Source: a virus (lineage: Duplodnaviria; Caudoviricetes). Taken from it: a DNA stretch of 49,422 nucleotides. The position numbers and the translations under genes were made by a program. Each line of letters opens with the position of its first letter. The stretch's first letter is position 1. Below the pieces are notes generated by a model. It was not told the DNA's origin. It did no database searches and was given only the letters and a program-made list of their open reading frames with translations. Positions 26,070 through 35,437 of this stretch are shown here, one piece after another. The stretch is taken from the IMG/VR virus record IMGVR_UViG_3300002101_000014, positions 1-49,422 of that record; one strand, written 5' to 3'.

Positions 26070-27416
26070 TTAACATGGCCCTCCATCACTTCCGTTAAAT
26101 GCCCCTATCGGATACTTCCAGTCACTCTTTAAAAATATATCCTCTGATTTATAGTCACCTGTTTTTATTTGTTGTATAGCTTCAATATCTGAGGTATCAA
26201 GGCAACTTTCAGCACCTTCTATATATTCTTCCATGGTCTTTTTATTATCTAAAGTAAACCCTAGTATCCTTTCATCCTTACAGACTTCGTTATAGCACTC
26301 TGGGAAGAGTTCTTTAATACCCTGCCAGTGCTTGGGTAAAGAAAAAATACACATCATGCAACTACACCTATTCCATCCAACCCTATAACAAGGGTGAGGA
26401 TTACAATTATTTCTCTTAAGCACTTCCCAAATATCTTTTTCACTATAATCTATAACAGGTCTCCACCAGTGGACCAATCTCTTTGCTCTAGCTAATGCAT
26501 TGGTTCTATGAATCTCCATTTCGTTATACTTTGAACGACCTGGACTCTCACCTCTTCTTTCACCTGATATAACTAATATTTTTGAGTTACTTTTAATTGA
26601 TTCAACATGTGAGGTTACACTGTCTTGAACACTAGCCTTTAATGATCCACTACACCACCTGCCACTATGACAACCGCCTTTAGCAGGGAACTTATGCCTT
26701 TCAGTTCCTAGCTGTTTTAGTTCTTTAAATTGTTCTAGATTTCTGATAACAGTATCACCCACTACTATTTTTAAATAAGCACTACACCACCTAACACTTA
26801 AATCTCCGCTCTTGGCAGGAAACTTCATCCTATATCCATATTCTCTTAATTCTTCTAAGTCTAAAAGATTTTCTCTAAGCTCTTGGCTTCTTTTTTGTCT
26901 TACTGAGAGGTTGCATGTTTTAATTTTTCCTTTATCCATGTATTGGATTGGATAACTGGATCCCACCCTATAAACTTCACCCCAAAAGCCATTAACTCTC
27001 CAAGATAGTCTTAACTCTGTTCCTGTAGCTTCTGCAAATGCTTTTATATAATTCTTAGTTACAGGCCAGTCCATCTTCCTTGTGGGGTGTCCTCCGTCAA
27101 TGTCATGATGCCATAGCTCTATCTTTTCTTTAGGCACTCCCATTTCAATGAGTTTAAAATAGGCAGCTGTAGAATCTTTTCCCCCAGAAAATAAAATTAT
27201 TATTTTGTCATATTCTTCAAGGGGTAGCAACTCTGGAAGATAAAACTTCTCTTGGTAAGGGGTTAAACATTTCCCTTTGATTCTTGGACTTATTTTTATT
27301 CCTGCCCCGTAAGTTACTTTATCTTTTAATCCAACAGTCACAGGTGTATTTATATTACATTCAGAATCTTTTAAAATTCTAATATCGTCAGGGAATAAAC
27401 TTATTTGACCTTCCAA
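26070..27416 (-). CDS. PAPS reductase family (PP-loop) protein
   Basis: FSGGKDS, RWCS..LK, GERRGES..R, HPCY..GW.RCSCMMC. Confidence 0.9.
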   Translation of the reverse strand: MEGQISLFPDDIRILKDSECNINTPVTVGLKDKVTYGAGIKISPRIKGKCLTPYQEKFYLPELLPLEEYDKIIILFSGGKDSTAAYFKLIEMGVPKEKIELWHHDIDGGHPTRKMDWPVTKNYIKAFAEATGTELRLSWRVNGFWGEVYRVGSSYPIQYMDKGKIKTCNLSVRQKRSQELRENLLDLEELREYGYRMKFPAKSGDLSVRWCSAYLKIVVGDTVIRNLEQFKELKQLGTERHKFPAKGGCHSGRWCSGSLKASVQDSVTSHVESIKSNSKILVISGERRGESPGRSKYNEMEIHRTNALARAKRLVHWWRPVIDYSEKDIWEVLKRNNCNPHPCYRVGWNRCSCMMCIFSLPKHWQGIKELFPECYNEVCKDERILGFTLDNKKTMEEYIEGAESCLDTSDIEAIQQIKTGDYKSEDIFLKSDWKYPIGAFNGSDGGPC

Positions 27417-27450
27417 TTTTTCAACCCTCCTCTTGCTTTTTATTTTTACT

Positions 27451-28470
27451 CTAAAACATACTTATTTGTTTAAATTGTGTTTGGGCATTTATCCATGGTG
27501 TATATTCTTCAAAGCTACAGCAAGTATGTTTTCTACTATTAATCCACCCTGCTAATTGATTAAGCCTTATATCATCTTTTCTTTTGTTGTATTTCATTAC
27601 ATAAGGTTTTATATCTAATTCTTCAAGCCTTTTTATTCTGTACATGTCCTCCTCAAAGGTAGTATTAAAACCAGTAAGCAGATAACACATGTGTCTATAT
27701 GGCTTTACAAATTGCTTAAGTAGTTTTATTCCTTCAATAATTTTGGTTTCACTCTCCATTAAGTCCCATGCATAATGCAAGCTTCTAAGATGGTTTACTT
27801 CCCCTAATGCTTTTGCTTTTTCTTCGTTTAGCAATCTAACATCTATCCCTTGTGATATATTAACCTTAAGCTTCCTATCTCGAATTTCTTTAAGCTTTTC
27901 TATACAATCAGGATCCGCAGTTAAATTGTTATCATAAAGGGTTATAACATTTGATCTAGGATTAATAATATCTTTAATTTCTGCTACAGAATGAAGACAG
28001 CCTTCCTTTTGGTTCACTATGCAAAACCCACATTTTCTTATACATCCCCTTGAAGTAAAACCAACACCCATGTCTACTATGATTTGAGATTTTTTAAGCT
28101 TTGATTTTCTTGAAGCAATTCCACCTTTACAAGCATTTTCATAAACCATATTCACTGTGTATAAATCATAATCAGGCTTAAAGGCTTCTATCTCTGGAGG
28201 AAGCTCTGTATGCGTTATTTCTGTAAGTTTTCTATTAATTTCTATAAAATCCCATCCAGTACCACCAAGAATAAGTTTGTCGCCATACTCTTTCTGAAGT
28301 TCTAAGCAATGCTTACGGTTCCAAGTAAATAGGCAACTTGCATATATTTTTTCATATACCTCACCAGATCTAACAAAATCGACTATATAACCTAATGATT
28401 TAAAGAAAGCTGATATCTTCATTAGAGCTAAGTTTGGTAGTTTCCCATCTATGTCTATTAAACCTATCAA
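27451..28470 (-). CDS. Radical SAM protein
   Basis: TSRGCIRKCGFC (CxxxCxxC); N-terminal IDID..LPNLALMKIS. Confidence 0.9.
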   Translation of the reverse strand: MIGLIDIDGKLPNLALMKISAFFKSLGYIVDFVRSGEVYEKIYASCLFTWNRKHCLELQKEYGDKLILGGTGWDFIEINRKLTEITHTELPPEIEAFKPDYDLYTVNMVYENACKGGIASRKSKLKKSQIIVDMGVGFTSRGCIRKCGFCIVNQKEGCLHSVAEIKDIINPRSNVITLYDNNLTADPDCIEKLKEIRDRKLKVNISQGIDVRLLNEEKAKALGEVNHLRSLHYAWDLMESETKIIEGIKLLKQFVKPYRHMCYLLTGFNTTFEEDMYRIKRLEELDIKPYVMKYNKRKDDIRLNQLAGWINSRKHTCCSFEEYTPWINAQTQFKQISMF

Positions 28471-28481
28471 TTCATTCCTCC

Positions 28482-29366
28482 TTACACTGCTTGTCTGTTT
28501 TGATTAAAATATCTTATGGCTTGTTGTCCTATCCATCTAGCCATTGGTACAGCGACCGCATTACCTATTTGCCTATAAGATTTACTATCGGAGCCTGAAA
28601 ACTTAAATGTGTCTGGGAATCCTTGCAATCTAGCAAACTCCTTTACTGTATATGACCTTAAGTTATTGCCGTCTTGAACTAATCTAGTCGAACGGTCTGT
28701 GCCATAATGTGCCACCGCACATGGTGCTATATCTCCCATATCTGGGTTACTTATAATAGGCTTGTCTCTATAGTTACCAATCTTATTTATCCTGTTATAG
28801 GCGTACTGTGGTAGTTCGAACTCAATACCCTTTTCTATAATGTCTTTAAGCTTTATAGGGTTACAAACAGGATATTCGATATTGTCAAAAGGCTTTTTAG
28901 TTGCTATTAAAATCAATCTTTTTCTTTCCTGCGGGAGCCACATATTAGCATTTACAGGGCATTCAATCCTCACATAGTAATCTGGCAATTTTGTTAGTGC
29001 CTCCATGACTATTGGAAATTTCCTCATGCCTGGAACATTTTCCACAATGTACATTTCTGCTTGTTCTAGTGCTATGTGCCTAAAGAAATGTAAAAACAAA
29101 TCATCTCCGGTTCTTGAATTATGTATGTCTGCTGCGGATGAATATTTAGTGCACGGAAATGTACCAACTATTATATCTGTCTTTTCTTGGTCTAAAACTG
29201 TTATCTTACTAATATCTTCTTGATGTATTTCATGGGTAAAGTTATTTCTAAGTGTTTCACAGCATGTTGAATCTATCTCGTAACTATGCAATATATTTAT
29301 TCCTGATTGGGATAAACCTAAGTCCATCCCACCAGCTCCACTAAAATAACTTTTAGCTGTAATCAT
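28482..29366 (-). CDS. DNA cytosine-5 methyltransferase
   Basis: FSGAGG, PC, ENV, PQ.R.R, RLQGFP, QIGNAV. Confidence 0.95.
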   Translation of the reverse strand: MITAKSYFSGAGGMDLGLSQSGINILHSYEIDSTCCETLRNNFTHEIHQEDISKITVLDQEKTDIIVGTFPCTKYSSAADIHNSRTGDDLFLHFFRHIALEQAEMYIVENVPGMRKFPIVMEALTKLPDYYVRIECPVNANMWLPQERKRLILIATKKPFDNIEYPVCNPIKLKDIIEKGIEFELPQYAYNRINKIGNYRDKPIISNPDMGDIAPCAVAHYGTDRSTRLVQDGNNLRSYTVKEFARLQGFPDTFKFSGSDSKSYRQIGNAVAVPMARWIGQQAIRYFNQNRQAV

Positions 29367-29581
29367 TTCTTATCACCTAGTTTCTTGCCACATATAGGGC
29401 AATAGTTGATTTCTATATCTTTAATACCAAATACGTCCGCTATTACTATGTGGCCTTTTTCTATGGATATTTGGGTAAAAGTCTTACTAGTTTCTGCTAT
29501 CGTTTTTATGGTTTTATTCCTAAGGCAATAATTACAACCTTTTCTTTTGCTTACTGAGCAATCATAGCCATCATCTTTCAT
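29363..29581 (-). CDS. Small zinc-ribbon protein
   Basis: CNYC...INYCPICGKKL. Confidence 0.75.
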   Translation of the reverse strand: MKDDGYDCSVSKRKGCNYCLRNKTIKTIAETSKTFTQISIEKGHIVIADVFGIKDIEINYCPICGKKLGDKK

Positions 29582-29997
29582 ATTTCACCTTCTTGAAAAC
29601 CTGATATTACAACTTCTACTTTTGGATTTTCATCATAGAATTTTTCAATCCTTAAAGAAACAATTTGAGAATCATCATCATAAGCAAGTTTATTTAAACT
29701 ATCTAAAATAATCTTTGCTATATTGTCAGCATCAGGCTTTTTAACAGGTCTTGTTGTGTTATCTAGCTTATCTTGCCTAACTTTCTTTGAGCCTGATTTA
29801 GGCACTGAATAGTAAGCACAAATAATGCACTGTAATTGACCCTCGAGCTTTTCTTGCTTGCTTATGATAAATAATTCTTTAACTAAGGTCTCATAATTTA
29901 CTGTTTTAGTTGGGGTATATGTTCCAAACTTGCCTAGTCTCGGTCTACCTTTAGCACATGGTTCACCTGGAATAGCTAGATTTATATATTTATTCAA
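29578..29997 (-). CDS. rusA: RusA family Holliday junction resolvase
   Basis: KGRPR...KKPDADNIAK..LDSLN...YDDDSQI. Confidence 0.92.
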   Translation of the reverse strand: MNKYINLAIPGEPCAKGRPRLGKFGTYTPTKTVNYETLVKELFIISKQEKLEGQLQCIICAYYSVPKSGSKKVRQDKLDNTTRPVKKPDADNIAKIILDSLNKLAYDDDSQIVSLRIEKFYDENPKVEVVISGFQEGEI

Positions 29998-30418
29998 TTA
30001 GCTTTCCTCCTAGTAAAAATCTGATGGCATCAAGCCCCTCAACCCTGTTATTAACTACTTTTAAAAATCCTTTATTCTGTGCTATTACCAGATCCTTTAA
30101 AGGCATGTCCACCATGGATTTAATTTCATCCAACGTATAATAGATATCTAGCTGGAATTTTCCATAATAGTAATCTTGCAATTGCTTTTGTAGTTTACGG
30201 TTGAAGCCTGGTTCACATTCCGTCCTTATATGGCAGTTTCTTTGATGTACCCACCAGATGTTAGTTTTGCAATTCCTTAGTAATGGCTCCTCTGAAAGTT
30301 TTATAACATGGTGTGGTGCTCCTCTACCTACATATACATTTCTCCCGCAAATTTTACATAAATCTTCTGATTCTCGAATTATTTTAGCTTTTAGTTTTGG
30401 GTCTAATTTATCTTTCAT
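29990..30418 (-). CDS. HNH-like hypothetical protein
   Basis: CKICGR...HHVI...N...CH. Confidence 0.6.
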   Translation of the reverse strand: MKDKLDPKLKAKIIRESEDLCKICGRNVYVGRGAPHHVIKLSEEPLLRNCKTNIWWVHQRNCHIRTECEPGFNRKLQKQLQDYYYGKFQLDIYYTLDEIKSMVDMPLKDLVIAQNKGFLKVVNNRVEGLDAIRFLLGGKLIE

Positions 30419-30693
30419 AGCTCCTCCCTCTTAAATATTTTCTTAAATACCCTTAGAAAAAAATATCTTAAGTTATTCTGTTGTTTAGACAATTTATAAG
30501 ATTCAACTTCACATTCCGTAAATCCAGCTTCTAGCATACATTTATCACAAACATCTTTAGTTTCATGTATTTCTTGCTGGCATCCACCATCTTTGCTTCT
30601 AAAAGTAATTTTCATAAAAACTTTACTAAATTCTTCATCTTGTATTTCTTCTCTGCAACAATCACAATAATATTTTGTAAATTCATGTTTCAA
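30415..30693 (-). CDS. Cys-rich hypothetical protein
   Basis: YCDCC...DVCDKC; start moved to TTG after GGAG. Confidence 0.65.
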   Translation of the reverse strand: MKHEFTKYYCDCCREEIQDEEFSKVFMKITFRSKDGGCQQEIHETKDVCDKCMLEAGFTECEVESYKLSKQQNNLRYFFLRVFKKIFKREEL

Positions 30694-30785
30694 ATTTATT
30701 CCATCTCCTTTCAAATGAGTGTCACCTAATAATGACAATACACAGAAATACTCGGGTTTAAGCCTATGTTTAGCTTATTTGTATC

Positions 30786-31202
30786 CTATACATTATTTTT
30801 TGACTTATTAAACCTGTATCCATTTTCTCTGATAAATTTGCCTACTGATGCAGGATTAGAATTTAATCGTTTAGCTATTTTTTTATATGTTAATCCTTCA
30901 TTATGCCATTTGATTAGTTGTTTAATATCAAATCCCTTAGCTGTTTTAACATGTACAAAGTCATTTTTATCTCTAAGCATTACTTTACGTACCTCAGAGT
31001 TTTTTAAATCTTCTTTGCTCAATCCTTTTTTAGGTTGTTTCCTTGGAATACTTTCTCTATATTTTATTTTTCCCTCTTCATCAAGAATTCCAACTAGGAT
31101 ATGGTAAGTATGTATTTCAAGTATTTTGACTTTATTTGATACTGTTCCAACCTTGTTAATTTTTTTATTTAGGATGAATTCTTTTTCTATTGTTAATTCC
31201 AT
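30786..31202 (-). CDS. Hypothetical protein with C-terminal HTH
   Basis: GLTYKKIAKRLNSNPASVGKFI; GAGGAG RBS. Confidence 0.7.
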   Translation of the reverse strand: MELTIEKEFILNKKINKVGTVSNKVKILEIHTYHILVGILDEEGKIKYRESIPRKQPKKGLSKEDLKNSEVRKVMLRDKNDFVHVKTAKGFDIKQLIKWHNEGLTYKKIAKRLNSNPASVGKFIRENGYRFNKSKNNV

Positions 31203-31203
31203 T

Positions 31204-31395
31204 TCACTCCTCCTCAAACATATTTATTTGACCTTTTGTTATTTCAGCTTTTCTACGATTAATATCTGCCCTTACTTTCTTCTTGGCTTTATCTTGTTTT
31301 GTTAGTTTAACAAGACGTCCCCAACATGTCGGACCAATTTTACGAGTAATGCTTTCTTTATCCTTTAGGTTTCTGTGGCAGATAAGGCATTTCAT
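31204..31395 (-). CDS. DUF6011-like zinc finger protein
   Basis: CLICHR.LKD.ESI.R.IGPTC. Confidence 0.8.
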   Translation of the reverse strand: MKCLICHRNLKDKESITRKIGPTCWGRLVKLTKQDKAKKKVRADINRRKAEITKGQINMFEEE

Positions 31396-32279
31396 GATTC
31401 AAACAAAGAGCTTTGTTGTACCTCTTTATCCTTTTCTACAGCCTCAAGGTTCCTAACAGATAGATTAAAATAGCTTTCCTTAAGCTCTATACCTATATAT
31501 TTTCTATCTAGCTGAAGAGCTTTATATCCGCATGAGCCGATACCAGAAAATGGATCTATTACTATGTCACCTTTCGCACTCCATAAATTAATGCAATTTT
31601 CAATAGTATCTAACTGTAAAGGAACTATATGTTTTTCATCCTTTTCTTCCCTTGCAGATTCCCTTTGCAATGTATTGCTTTGGTTAATATCCATCCATAC
31701 AGGCTCGGCTATTTTCTGCCATAAACCTACTGGATAAGATTCCATAGTGTGAGTAATAGGTTTACTATTAACACCCGGCTTTCTGAATGTTAAAACATAA
31801 TCAGGTAATCCTTGCCTACTCATTGCACTATCTTTTCTCAGCTGCTTATGTAATAATCCAAGTGCATTTGTTCTGACCATTTCAACTACAGGAGATTTAT
31901 AAATTGTTACTCTTGAGTGATAAATAAACCCTGCCCTTTGAAATATTCTTATTATCATCCCTGGGAAGTCCTTTAATCCTATTGCTCCATCCCTTTCTTT
32001 CATCATAGGAACATCTACACAATGAATTGATACATTTCTTCCCTCCATCATTATTCTGAATATTTCTCTAACCATGAAATTAAAGTGCCTATAAAACTGT
32101 CTATCATTCTTTGAATTACCCATATCTAAAAAACTACTAGAATATGTGTACAAAGATAAGAAAGGTGGAGATGTTACCAAGTACCCTATTGAATTGCTTG
32201 GAAGTCCTTTTAATACTTGGGTGCTATCTCCGTTATAAAGTGTAAAATTCTTACCTTCAAATTGATTTAATACTTTCAC
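31392..32279 (-). CDS. N4/N6 DNA methyltransferase (beta order)
   Basis: TSPPF before DPFSGIGS; GTG start overlapping helicase stop (TAGTG). Confidence 0.92.
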   Translation of the reverse strand: MKVLNQFEGKNFTLYNGDSTQVLKGLPSNSIGYLVTSPPFLSLYTYSSSFLDMGNSKNDRQFYRHFNFMVREIFRIMMEGRNVSIHCVDVPMMKERDGAIGLKDFPGMIIRIFQRAGFIYHSRVTIYKSPVVEMVRTNALGLLHKQLRKDSAMSRQGLPDYVLTFRKPGVNSKPITHTMESYPVGLWQKIAEPVWMDINQSNTLQRESAREEKDEKHIVPLQLDTIENCINLWSAKGDIVIDPFSGIGSCGYKALQLDRKYIGIELKESYFNLSVRNLEAVEKDKEVQQSSLFES

Positions 32280-33667
32280 TAAGCTACCTCCTTCAGCCAT
32301 TTTGGTAATTTCATTTCTGTTTGTGGGTTATACCCCAACTTTTCATTTACGGTTCCATGCACTTCCTTGGTTAATATTTCTTGAGTATGTTTAACCATTT
32401 CCTCAATCATCTTTTCAGATTCTATTTCTTTTCTCTCAATGTTGGCTTTGACTGCTCCCTCGGCTTCGCTTGTTATAATCCAAACATTAACCTCTTCCTT
32501 TTGTCCAAATCTCCAACACCTTCTAATAGCTTGATATAGTTGCTCGTAACTGTCGGATAAACCAACAAATATCATGTTGTGGCAACTCTGAAAATTTAAA
32601 CCAAATCCAAATATTTCACATTTGCTGACTAGTATTTTTATATCTCCGTTACTAAATCCAATAGCTGCTTTAACTTTATGTTCTGGTTTATTACTACCTG
32701 TTACTTCAACAGCTCCTTTGATTTTTCTTGCAAGCATTTCAGATTCTATATTTAATCCAGTCCATATGAGCCATTGCTCGCCATCTATTAAGCTAATAGC
32801 TTCTTGTACCCTATTAACTAAGCTGTCTCTCCTGGCTTGTCTACGTTCTTGCAATGTTTGAGCCATAACAGGTAACAAACTTATCTGTCCTTGATCTTGA
32901 AATATAGGGCTTTTAACAATAATTTCATTCATATTTAATTTTGGCAGTTCAAATCCTTTGTCGCTGTATCCTAAATCGCTAGGTTTAGTTATTACTAATC
33001 CCCAACTACTAACCCATTCCCAAAATTTATCCTCCGCATGTCCTTTTAATCTCCATTTAGCGGTATCTCCCCCATCGTGTACAAAGTAGGTTGCTAACAT
33101 CTCTACCCTGGAAAGAACATTTAAAAACTCTGCATGATTTCCTAATTCCACATAATCGTTGGGAGCTGGGGTTGCGGTACACGCCAACTTATAAGGGGTA
33201 TCTTTAAAGGTATCTATAATTAATTGTTTATATTTACTATCAAAGGATTTTAAAATACTACTTTCATCAAGGATTATTGCTATAAACTCACTAGAATTAA
33301 AATGAACTAGCATTTCATAGTTGGTGATATTTAAACCTTCTTTTACATCTTCTTGTTTTCTACAACTATTAACTTCAATACCAAACTTTTTACCCTCTCT
33401 TACTGTCTGCTGACTTACTGCTAAAGGAGCTAATAGAAGAATCTTTCCTCCAGTATGTTTATTTATTAATCTTCCCCATTCAAGCTGCATGATTGTTTTA
33501 CCAAGTCCTGTCCCGGCAAATAGAGCAGCCTTTCCTTTTTTCAAGGCCCATTTAACTATGTCTGCTTGATGTTCAAATAGAAGAGGACTTATTTCAGATT
33601 TATTTATATCTAAGCCGCTTGAAATTAACTTTACTTTTTTACTTTCTATAAACTCTCCATAGTCCAT
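32279..33667 (-). CDS. SNF2-like superfamily 2 helicase
   Basis: GTGLGKT, ILDESS, TATP, GFGLN, QAIRRCWRFGQ. Confidence 0.93.
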   Translation of the reverse strand: MDYGEFIESKKVKLISSGLDINKSEISPLLFEHQADIVKWALKKGKAALFAGTGLGKTIMQLEWGRLINKHTGGKILLLAPLAVSQQTVREGKKFGIEVNSCRKQEDVKEGLNITNYEMLVHFNSSEFIAIILDESSILKSFDSKYKQLIIDTFKDTPYKLACTATPAPNDYVELGNHAEFLNVLSRVEMLATYFVHDGGDTAKWRLKGHAEDKFWEWVSSWGLVITKPSDLGYSDKGFELPKLNMNEIIVKSPIFQDQGQISLLPVMAQTLQERRQARRDSLVNRVQEAISLIDGEQWLIWTGLNIESEMLARKIKGAVEVTGSNKPEHKVKAAIGFSNGDIKILVSKCEIFGFGLNFQSCHNMIFVGLSDSYEQLYQAIRRCWRFGQKEEVNVWIITSEAEGAVKANIERKEIESEKMIEEMVKHTQEILTKEVHGTVNEKLGYNPQTEMKLPKWLKEVA

Positions 33668-33849
33668 TATTCTATCTCCTCAAGTAAGTTCACATTTCTA
33701 AAATTAACTATTGCAACACTTCCATGCTCATTTGTTATTTTCATTAAGTTTTCTTGTAAATCAATTTCAGTTACTCCATATATATTTCTACTAGTTGAAA
33801 GGCCTTGGAACCATATTTTAACTGTCTTTTTCTCTAAGATTGTTTTCAT
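33667..33849 (-). CDS. Small hypothetical protein
   Basis: GAGGGG RBS, coupled to helicase. Confidence 0.7.
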   Translation of the reverse strand: MKTILEKKTVKIWFQGLSTSRNIYGVTEIDLQENLMKITNEHGSVAIVNFRNVNLLEEIE

Positions 33850-33861
33850 TTAATCCCCTCT

Positions 33862-33890
33862 TTGTTTTTATTGGAGGAATATGTTAATAT
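33862..33890 (+). promoter_or_regulatory. SigA promoter antisense to early operon
   Basis: TTGTTT-17-TAATAT with TG extension. Confidence 0.5.
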
Positions 33891-33896
33891 GATTAC

Positions 33897-33956
33897 ATAC
33901 TCCTTTGTGGGTTAAAGAGTTGCTATGTTTGTGAGACTGGCGCAGCTCTTTTTTTT
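33897..33956 (+). ncRNA. Candidate about 60-nt small RNA
   Basis: Promoter directly upstream; AAAGAGTTGC/GCAGCTCTTT stem plus T8; no ORF. Confidence 0.45.
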
Positions 33957-33993
33957 ATTATAATAATTTGTGTCTATGCAGCTTATTATTGTA

Positions 33994-34227
33994 TTACGAA
34001 TTATCTAAAGTGATATTTTCTTCTTCTATTACCTTAACTAACTCCATTAAAGCCTTTCTAACCTTATATGAATATCTAGTACCCTCACTAGCAACTCTTA
34101 GGTTTCTCTCACTATCATTGAGTTTGACGTACCTCATATGATAATCTCCTTGGTCATCTTGGATTATTTCAAGATAATTAGGCTTGTCTATTGGTGTATA
34201 ATCGCTAATTAAAATTACCTTTTTCAA
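33994..34227 (-). CDS. Hypothetical protein
   Basis: AAGGAAGTG RBS, TTG start. Confidence 0.65.
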   Translation of the reverse strand: MKKVILISDYTPIDKPNYLEIIQDDQGDYHMRYVKLNDSERNLRVASEGTRYSYKVRKALMELVKVIEEENITLDNS

Positions 34228-34267
34228 TATCTCACTTCCTTCACCTTTTAATCAGATTGTTCACTAC

Positions 34268-34630
34268 TTAAAATCCCTCCAATATCTCTTTTCCAGTAAG
34301 TTCTCTTCCTATCTCTGCCCCAATAGTTATAATCAATTTGCTTAAGCTTTTGGTTGCTTTGTCACTTTCAATAAGTAGCTCTTCACAATTTGTATCATCC
34401 TCAAGTTCTTTTTCTATTTCATAAATTCTTTTCAGTGAACGGTTGTAATTTATTTGATTTACTGAAAGGGTAACAATCGTCATCTGTCCAAGTTCTAAAT
34501 AAAATAGTACGGCTCCTTTTGGGTGCCTTTTCTGCCTGAGCACATTGTGATTTTCCATGAATTTATTGATTTGGTTTGTTAGGTCTGCTTCAGTTTCAGC
34601 AACCAGTATCTTTATACTTTCACCTTCCAT
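34268..34630 (-). CDS. Hypothetical protein
   Basis: GAGG RBS, follows loader gene. Confidence 0.7.
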   Translation of the reverse strand: MEGESIKILVAETEADLTNQINKFMENHNVLRQKRHPKGAVLFYLELGQMTIVTLSVNQINYNRSLKRIYEIEKELEDDTNCEELLIESDKATKSLSKLIITIGAEIGRELTGKEILEGF

Positions 34631-35437
34631 TTATTTAACCTCTTTGAGCCTGTAGTTATTATCTTTGCCTTTTACAATTACCAAATAGTTCTTACACATT
34701 TGTATTATTCGGCTTCCTAGCGCCTCATCTATTTCAATTAAATCATCAGAACTTAACTCACTACTTACTATTATTGGTAGATGGTTAATATATCTATAAT
34801 TGATTATTTCAAACATTGCTCTTATGTCTGCCCCTGCTACTGGTTCCTCCCTTTTCCCTTTTTTAAATAAATCATCAATCAACAGTACAGGTATTTTTTT
34901 ATATTTATCCATCATGTTTTGATATACATTTTCATTTGTTATATTTTGTTTTAGTTTGGTTATTGCATCTCTGAATTGAAAATATATAACATTGATACCT
35001 TTATCAATAAATCTTGTAGCTATAGCAACTGTTAGATGTGTCTTACCTGCCCCAGGTTGTCCCAAAAATGCTAGAGAGTTATTTCTTTCCTTTTTTATAG
35101 TTTCAAAATTTTTAAAATATTCAATTGCTTTTAATTTCATAAGCTTTGCCATTTCGTTATGGATATTATAATTTTCAAACACCATGTCTCTATTTTCTAA
35201 ACTTATTCCTGATTTCTCCCAAAGGCTCATTATTTTACTTTTCTTATGACATTCACATTCAACCATAATATCAGCGGTATCTTCCTGCCTTTGAGGCACA
35301 AAACCTAAATCTCTGCACTTGGTACATTTATACTTCTCCAAACTCTCCTTTGAGGTCTCCGAGGTCTGGGATTTCTGTATTGCCTTTGATTTTAAGTTCT
35401 CTATTATCTGATTTACTATCTGCTCTGCTGCCTCCAC
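34631..35437 (-). CDS. DnaC/IstB-like helicase loader ATPase
   Basis: CTKCRD...CEC zinc site, GQPGAGKTHL, LLIDDL, IINYRY, SRI; start moved to GTG after AAGGAGG. Confidence 0.9.
   Translation of the reverse strand: MEAAEQIVNQIIENLKSKAIQKSQTSETSKESLEKYKCTKCRDLGFVPQRQEDTADIMVECECHKKSKIMSLWEKSGISLENRDMVFENYNIHNEMAKLMKLKAIEYFKNFETIKKERNNSLAFLGQPGAGKTHLTVAIATRFIDKGINVIYFQFRDAITKLKQNITNENVYQNMMDKYKKIPVLLIDDLFKKGKREEPVAGADIRAMFEIINYRYINHLPIIVSSELSSDDLIEIDEALGSRIIQMCKNYLVIVKGKDNNYRLKEVK

Noticed and set aside
26070-27416. Sulfate-assimilation cysH or a complete dnd/ssp system
   Set aside because: No cys, dndBDE or sspBCE partner genes are visible
34631-35437. IS21 element (IstB-like ATPase)
   Set aside because: No IstA transposase or terminal repeats; adjacency to the initiator indicates a helicase loader
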